A stretch of DNA of 63,810 nt, the filler included, from Craspedostauros australis (lineage: Eukaryota): the NCBI GenBank assembly GCA_030167865.1. It is 6 parts of 6 records of this genome, joined end to end, with 100 filler letters (N's around TTAATTAATTAA, not from the genome) between each part and the next. Parts side by side here need not be neighbours in the genome. Positions count along the whole stretch, not along the records: positions 57,820 to 62,427 come from JALAGF010004494.1; positions 62,528 to 63,810 come from JALAGF010004495.1; 4 more parts are not named here. One strand, written 5' to 3'. The position numbers and the translations under genes were made by a program. The notes beneath the pieces are model-generated. The model had not been told where the DNA came from, did not search any database, and saw only the letters and a program-made list of their open reading frames with translations. Positions 57,820-63,810 of this stretch are shown here, piece after piece. Each line of letters starts with the position of its first letter. The stretch's first letter is position 1.

Positions 57820-60800
57820 AGTCAGATAGTGTGTGATGTCGACACCGCAGACCCGCTTCAGGCATGGATGAAGCATGAAATTCAGGAACATCTCTCCGAT
57901 GTCTTTGTCAGCCATGAAAGTGTTGGTGCCCACAGCTCGTACGTGAGTGTCCAGAGTCGGGAGTGGGAACCCAGGCGCCCAGACAGCGTCGTTGAGGCTA
58001 CTTGCAGTTGCATCATACACCATGCGGATGTTGGTCTCTCCCTTGGGTACCCCGAAGAACAAAGTGAGAGAGTGAACAGTGCCTGGGATGATGTATCGCT
58101 TTTGTTGGACCTTGCTCAGCTTCGCTGCCATCATGTCTCGAATGTGGGGATCTGCCTTATGCCAGCAGACGATTGAGGGATAATTGTAGATTATGATTAC
58201 CTTCCTTCCTTCCTTCCTTCTTGCCTCCACCTGCTCTACTTTGCGTTACTCCACAAGTAGCGCACTCTGCCATGCTGCCTCTGCTTACTCCGTGCCTGTT
58301 CCAAGAACCACGCCTGAATTCCAAACCTGCACCACCTGGTCACTCATTTACTTGCTTCCATGTTTTGGCATCAAGTTTGGTGGTGGCATGTTTCCATATG
58401 TTGGCACCGCAGGTACGACTGAGTCGAGTCTCACATGGTTGGACTCGACTGACTGGTCTCAGTCATGGACGTTACTGGAATCGATCCAGTACTGGCAACA
58501 GCAGATACATGACTGGACTCAATTGGGAGACTAGGATATTCTAGCTAGTTATCAGTCTAGGTCAGGATCGTTGGCGTTGCGTTGCGATTGAGTGTAGCTT
58601 GGCGGCGACGATTGAAAGTGTACTGGCAGACCCTCTTGAACGATAGTCTGATATTCCTTGGCCCACCTCCAGAACAGAGGGCGAGACCCGTCGTCTCAAT
58701 TCCACCAAGTGGAGCGACACGCTCGAGCGATTGCATCGCAAGCAGCATTGAATACATCAGGTGAGGACTGTCGCCTCTGTCTTCGCCATGCTGCATACCT
58801 TGCCCTGCCTTTCCGGTTCCATTGGTAGATGCCATCAGTTGAAACAGCAACAACCTTGGTGGTGACACGACGCAGGGAGAGGTGATGCCGACAGTACCAT
58901 CTCCAGAAGGAGGTGGTGATGCGCCGACTCCACCATCCCAACATCCATCTCCTCAGGCCGTTGCATCCGGCTTCCAGGTTCTGCATATCCGCCATATCCC
59001 ATTGATTTGCAGAGCCCTTGACCAGCTGATCCATCCAGAGGTGAGTGGGAATGGATGCGTTGTCGGACTTGGTAGCCTTCTGAGCGCGCCGGTTTCATTC
59101 CGCCTCCTCCAGCACGCTGCGCTGAAGTTCTGATGGAGCCACCCATGTCTTGATGGGAGTGTGACTGGCTGCTGATGAATATGTGGAATCAGGAGTACAA
59201 GACGAGTTGTCGTTGGCAGATGACGAGGCAGGAGGAGAGACGGAGCTGACGGTGTGGAGCGATGAAGTGGTTGGCTTGGAGCCGCTAAATGGCGATGGTA
59301 GATACGTAGAGTTGGTAGTAACACGGTGAGCGGTAGATGCCGCTGCAGCGGATCCAGGAATGAATACCGCTGCAGACGGACTCAAGCCGCGACCGGCGGA
59401 AGATGGAGGCGAACTGACAGGACGGCAGCCAGTCGCAAAGGAAGAAGAATCGAAAAGAAAAGTACCCCCCTTGTTGAATGTGCAAAGTTGGGACAAAACA
59501 GAGAAGAACAATTTGCTTGGGAGCGCAGAAGCAGAAGCAGAAGGAAGGGTGAGAGCAACCGTATCAGGGAAGTCGAGCGCACGAAGACGCTCGAACGACC
59601 GAAGTGGGCGAGCACACCACCTGCCACGACCGAACACGGAAGCTGCCAGCACAAACTCTGACCGAAGGCAGCCGATCGGGATGAGACCACCAGGATGCAG
59701 CACAGGTTTACCATGCACCTTCACGGCGTCCACGCGGACGACGCGAAGAGGTCCAACATTGAGGTTGNNNNNNNNNNNNNNNNNNNNNNNNNNNNNNNNN
59801 NAGGAGGATGCCAGTGCTGAGACGACTGCTTGTCGTCCAGCACCGAGTGCAGAGTGCGAGGAACCGAATGAATCTGTAGGGGGCCGTGTGGAGGCGAAGG
59901 GCATCGCCAGAAGATAGTCGGAGAGCCTACGGCATCGGTGACGCCACCGACCTGTGAGTGCTCCACGCGCCAAGACCTTGCCGACCAACCAGGTGGAAGC
60001 CAGCAAGAGCGATGCGATGAAGCGACCACAACAAGAGAACTGGCAGCAACAGCAGAGAAGAGGGATTTGGTGATGGAATGCTCGGCTAGTAGCAGATTAA
60101 CGCTGTTGAGCTGCGCCACAGATGGTGCTGCTGGTTGCAGCACCACCAATGGAAGCAGCTGCCGGATGATCGCGCCATCCTCGTCAGAGCCAGACCAACC
60201 GGCGATAAAGCCGACAGACAGCCCCAGCGAGTCAAGACCGAACACCCAAGCCGGGCATCGTGAAGCAACGACGCCCGCACAGCAATCAGTCCGCCGCAAC
60301 CTGCGCCCAACTGTGCCCCGAGTCATGCCGTGCAAGGATGGTCTGGAATCCACACCATCCACCGCAACAGCCAACCCAGGAGCCGTGTCTCAGTTACTGC
60401 CCTTCTTCTTCTGTTGGTTGAGCTCGTTCTTCACGTTGGCACTAGCCCGCTTGGCCTCAGCAGCCTTCTTGCCGCTGCGCTCAGCCTCGTCCATAGCATC
60501 CTGTGCCAGCGACTTGACAAGCTTGAGCTCATCACGCAACTCCTCCATCTCGGACCTGTTGACATGCTCAGAGAGCTGGTACATGGACAGCGCCCGAGCA
60601 AGGGCAGGATGCCCATGGAATTCGACCTCCAGGAGCGAGTCCATGATGCGATGACAGCGGAGAACGGACCACAGGACCTTGGCCTTGTTGTCGAGGCTCG
60701 CCATCTCGTCAGCGACCAAACTGGAGTCAGATCGGACCAGATGTAGCTTGTCAAAGACGGAGCAGACGCATCGGCCAACCAAGTTCCAAGCCGAGGCGGC

Positions 60801-62350
60801 CTGAAAGTTGAATGCCGACACGAGGTCATGGTAGAAGGTCTGCATGAATGAGGTGAGCCCATGCCAATGGATCTCAGCGTGCCCACTAAGGTAACAAGCA
60901 AGTGCCGCCTGGGCAGGGTTGCCGCAGGACGGGACCTTTCTGTTGATGCCTTGTAGGTACCCACGGTAGGACGAAGAGACAATGCTACGGTAGGATGACA
61001 TGCCATTGGCCCATTTGTTCCAGCTGGGAGCAGCGGCCAGGCCTTCTTCAGGTGGCGAGAGCTCTCCACAACCGTTCTTTGCAAAGAAAGCGACGGGACG
61101 GATGTGGCCCATGGACGCGGCAAGGTCAATCCCAGCAACAGTGGCAGCAATACGACTGGCAGAGTAGCCCTCATCAGCGCGATCCTTGCCGCTCTTGTTG
61201 GCCTTGGAGTTCATGGACACGAGCAGGGAGAACATATCCCAGAACAATCCCACTGACTTGATGTTGTTGGAGTCCATCCAGGCGCGAATGTCCTCAAGCG
61301 ATGCGAAGGTGTCGCTGTCAGTCGAGAAGGCGTGGTCGGATTGGAGTCAAAGGGCTTGCTCCACGCAACGCTCTGCTTCGTTCAGCCGCTTGGCAAGGTC
61401 AGTTCCAACATCGCTGGGTGTGGAGATGCCTGGGACCGAGCGGGAAGCAGAAAGCCTGGCCTCCATGTCGCGCTCGAATGCGCAGAAGCGGCGCTCGACG
61501 GCATCATCCACCATGGTTGCGATGGATGCAGCGGAAGCGATGGGAGAAAAGGAGACTCCACGAGAAGGAGAGGACCGCTCCGGCAAAAAGGATGGCTTGG
61601 ACTGCAGGGAATCCAGGTGTCCAACGATGGCATTGACCAAGTTGCTGTAATGAGTGAAGAGCTTGTCGAGCGATGAGCGCAGAGTGGGAAGCTGGGTGGC
61701 CCACTCACGCGCGAATCTGGCCGCACCAGAGCGCTCCAAGTCGAGCACCTTCTAGTGCGTCATCTCCACTGCAGATCGGATGCCGAGGATTTTCTCACTG
61801 AGTGTCTTGTCAGCACTCGCTCCCTCGCCCATGCGAGCGCTGAGGAGCTGATCTTGAGTGTGCAGACGCTGCAGGCTGGCCATGACGGCGCTGATGTCAT
61901 TGGCAACCGCGTTGCGAACGGCGCCCTGTCCTTTCTCGATGCCGGCAACAATCTTCTCCAGCTGCGCGAAGTTGGAGCGGACCTGTTCCCAGTTCTCAAT
62001 CAGAACAACGGCGCCAGCAATGGCAGGGTCAGTGTCGTCTGAGACTTGGTACTTGTCTGGCAGAGGTGCCACGATGTCCAGCTCTTGCAGCTTGATGGAG
62101 GAGACCTCGTCTGCGCGTGGGCTGATGCGGAGAGCGAGGCGGCGAGGGGAGGCCAAGTCCTCAACAGCCGCGAAATCGTCAACTGAGACGATCGGTACAT
62201 CCTCACCAGCCTCGACACGGAGGCGAGAGGTGGCGAGGTCGCGAAGAAAGGCACGCCACACTGTTGGAGCCTTGAGCTCAGCCAGCAGGCCCTCCTTGGT
62301 CATGGACACAAGCAACCATGACGCGTCGATGGAAGGCGCCAATCTGCCCT
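57820..62350 (-). mobile_element. Decayed retroelement, DIRS/Ngaro-like: gag-like ORF1 (about 62342-60390, two premature stops) and ORF2 (about 60374-57820) leading into an RT N-terminus
   Basis: FFGVPKG..NIRMVYD...LN...PLPTLD...MADKDIGEMFLNF resembles RT motifs 1-3, preceded by WWN*DDGSRPLFWRW. Three ORF1 pieces share one frame. YxDD, RNase H and a recombinase are not visible because the contig ends. Confidence 0.7.
58153..58564. mobile_element. Solo LTR (412 bp, TG...CA) with 5-bp TSD GGATC, nested in the RT ORF
   Basis: GGATC at 58148-58152 and 58565-58569. Removal restores the frame RNANDP|HIRDMMAAKL. Confidence 0.88.
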
Positions 62351-62427
62351 AGACGGCTGGCTAGATAGACTATTGGTGACACAAGACCTAGACTTGTGCA
62401 CAATAGATACTAGTCATGAATAATGTC

Positions 62428-62527
62428 NNNNNNNNNNNNNNNNNNNNNNNNNNNNNNNNNNNNNNNNNNNNTTAATTAATTAANNNNNNNNNNNNNNNNN
62501 NNNNNNNNNNNNNNNNNNNNNNNNNNN
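62428..62527. other. Artificial contig spacer
   Basis: N44-TTAATTAATTAA-N44. Confidence 0.97.
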
Positions 62528-63810
62528 CTGTCATTTGATGCATTGCCGTCCTTGGCGTTGCTCCCTTCCGTCCAATGGTTGTGAAGCTATCTGCGTTCGT
62601 CATTTCTGAATCGTTGAGTGTGTTTGGTGCTTGNNNNNNNNNNNNNNNNNNNNNNNNNNNNNNNNNNNNNNNNNNNNNNNNNCAGGAACAGACCAGTGAC
62701 TTGGTCGATGGTCTGTACATGTTGTACACTCCTGATGCATGTTGGTGTGCATATCCGATGAACACCATCTCTTCTCCTCTATTCTTGAGCTTGGCGGAGA
62801 TCCCGCCATAGGCGGTCTTCACAACAACCACCTCTCCGAATGTGCGGAGTGAATCGGCGTATGGTGGATTGCTGTCAAAGAATTGGCGATGGCAGTGGCA
62901 ATGCTTGCAGCTGATGCCCACAGGCCATGCCTCTATTTGTTGTTGAGTGGTGCTCTGTTGAGCATGGAACGGATCTTGGTGTAGAGATACACAAACTTGC
63001 GTTCTACTCTACCATTCCGCTGTGGCGTGTTGGACGCCATGAACTCGAATTTCGCATTCAGTCCTGCATCGATGAGAGTATCCTGCGTGGATTTGTTCTC
63101 TCCGCTGTTATCGCCTTGGAAAATGATTTGTTGATCACCTGTGTGACTTGATCGTCTGCACGAATCGTTTGATACCCTGGTTGGTCCCTCTTGTTCTTCA
63201 GAAAGAAGCTCCAGCAATAGTCCGTGAAGCCGTCCACAATCAAGGTCCAGTAGCGTTTATCTCTGAAGCCTATGTGTTTAGTGTAACTGATATCGATGAA
63301 GAGGCGTTCGCCATGGCGAGTCGCTCTTGGGATTCTAGTCTTTGAGATGTTCTTCACTCTCGCATTCGCGACAGCACAGTCGCGACACACCAGCATCTTG
63401 CCGATGATCTTCCATCCGTATTGAGCGGCTGTCTGCTTCATGGTCTCGAGTGGTGCGTGACGGAGCATTCGATGCAAGTTCACTGCGCTCACCTCCTTGG
63501 ATGGGCTCTTGATGATGGCTGTGGAAGCCTTGTCATCCTCAGTTGGCATGATGGGATGCATCTGCACTCCTGTGATGAATCNNNNNNNNNNNNNNNNNNN
63601 NNNNNNNNNNNNNNNNNNNNNNNNNNNNNNNNNNNNNNNNNNNNNNNNNNNNNNNNNNNNNNCAATCTGGTAACTGTTGTATAGTGCCTTGTTTGTAGAG
63701 AAAAGGTTCACCACCATCTTGGGTGTGTACTTCACATTATTGAGCTGGATAATGTGGCAAGTGTTGTCATGTTGCTTGACCTTCAAGCGGATGGATCCGA
63801 TCTTGGGAGA
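62528..63810 (-). mobile_element. Degenerate Ty1/copia pol fragment (end of protease, GAG-pre-integrase region, integrase)
   Basis: NVKYTP...NLFS; HRMLRH...CRDC; RLFIDIS; GDNSGEN; TPQRNGRVERKF; KLKNRG..FIGY. Contains frameshifts and gaps. Confidence 0.88.

Noticed and set aside
50851..62350. FAAL gene as cargo of flanking retroelements, or a gene cluster
   Set aside because: The FAAL lies outside the probable 5' LTR on the opposite strand, and the DIRS-like element is on a different contig.

Overview
Eukaryotic, intron-containing DNA that looks like a diatom nuclear genome (inferred from SAF/SAW-type bipartite plastid presequences, DUF6824 proteins and CoDi-like copia elements). The window is six unrelated contigs joined by artificial N44-TTAATTAATTAA-N44 spacers, so no linkage across the spacers should be assumed. 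Host genes: a plastid-targeted protein with four Trp-rich repeats, a 4-exon DUR3 urea transporter, an ankyrin-BTB protein, two paralogous QCR10-like small membrane proteins, a DUF6824 protein, a DUF3067 protein, a SelM/SelF-family selenoprotein (CxxU, in-frame UGA), a large PWWP-like protein and a FAAL-type adenylation enzyme. Mobile DNA: one intact, very young Ty1/copia element inserted in a patatin gene, two degenerate copia elements, solo or orphan LTRs, and a decayed DIRS/Ngaro-like element. The most striking signal is in the intact copia element (15924-21199). It has no tRNA-type PBS. Instead, the 14 nt next to the 5' LTR are perfectly complementary to a 14-nt segment inside the LTR, which is Tf1-style self-priming geometry. 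Its gag and pol are in frame, separated by one UGA-C followed 7 nt later by an extended stem-loop, the architecture of alphavirus-type readthrough.
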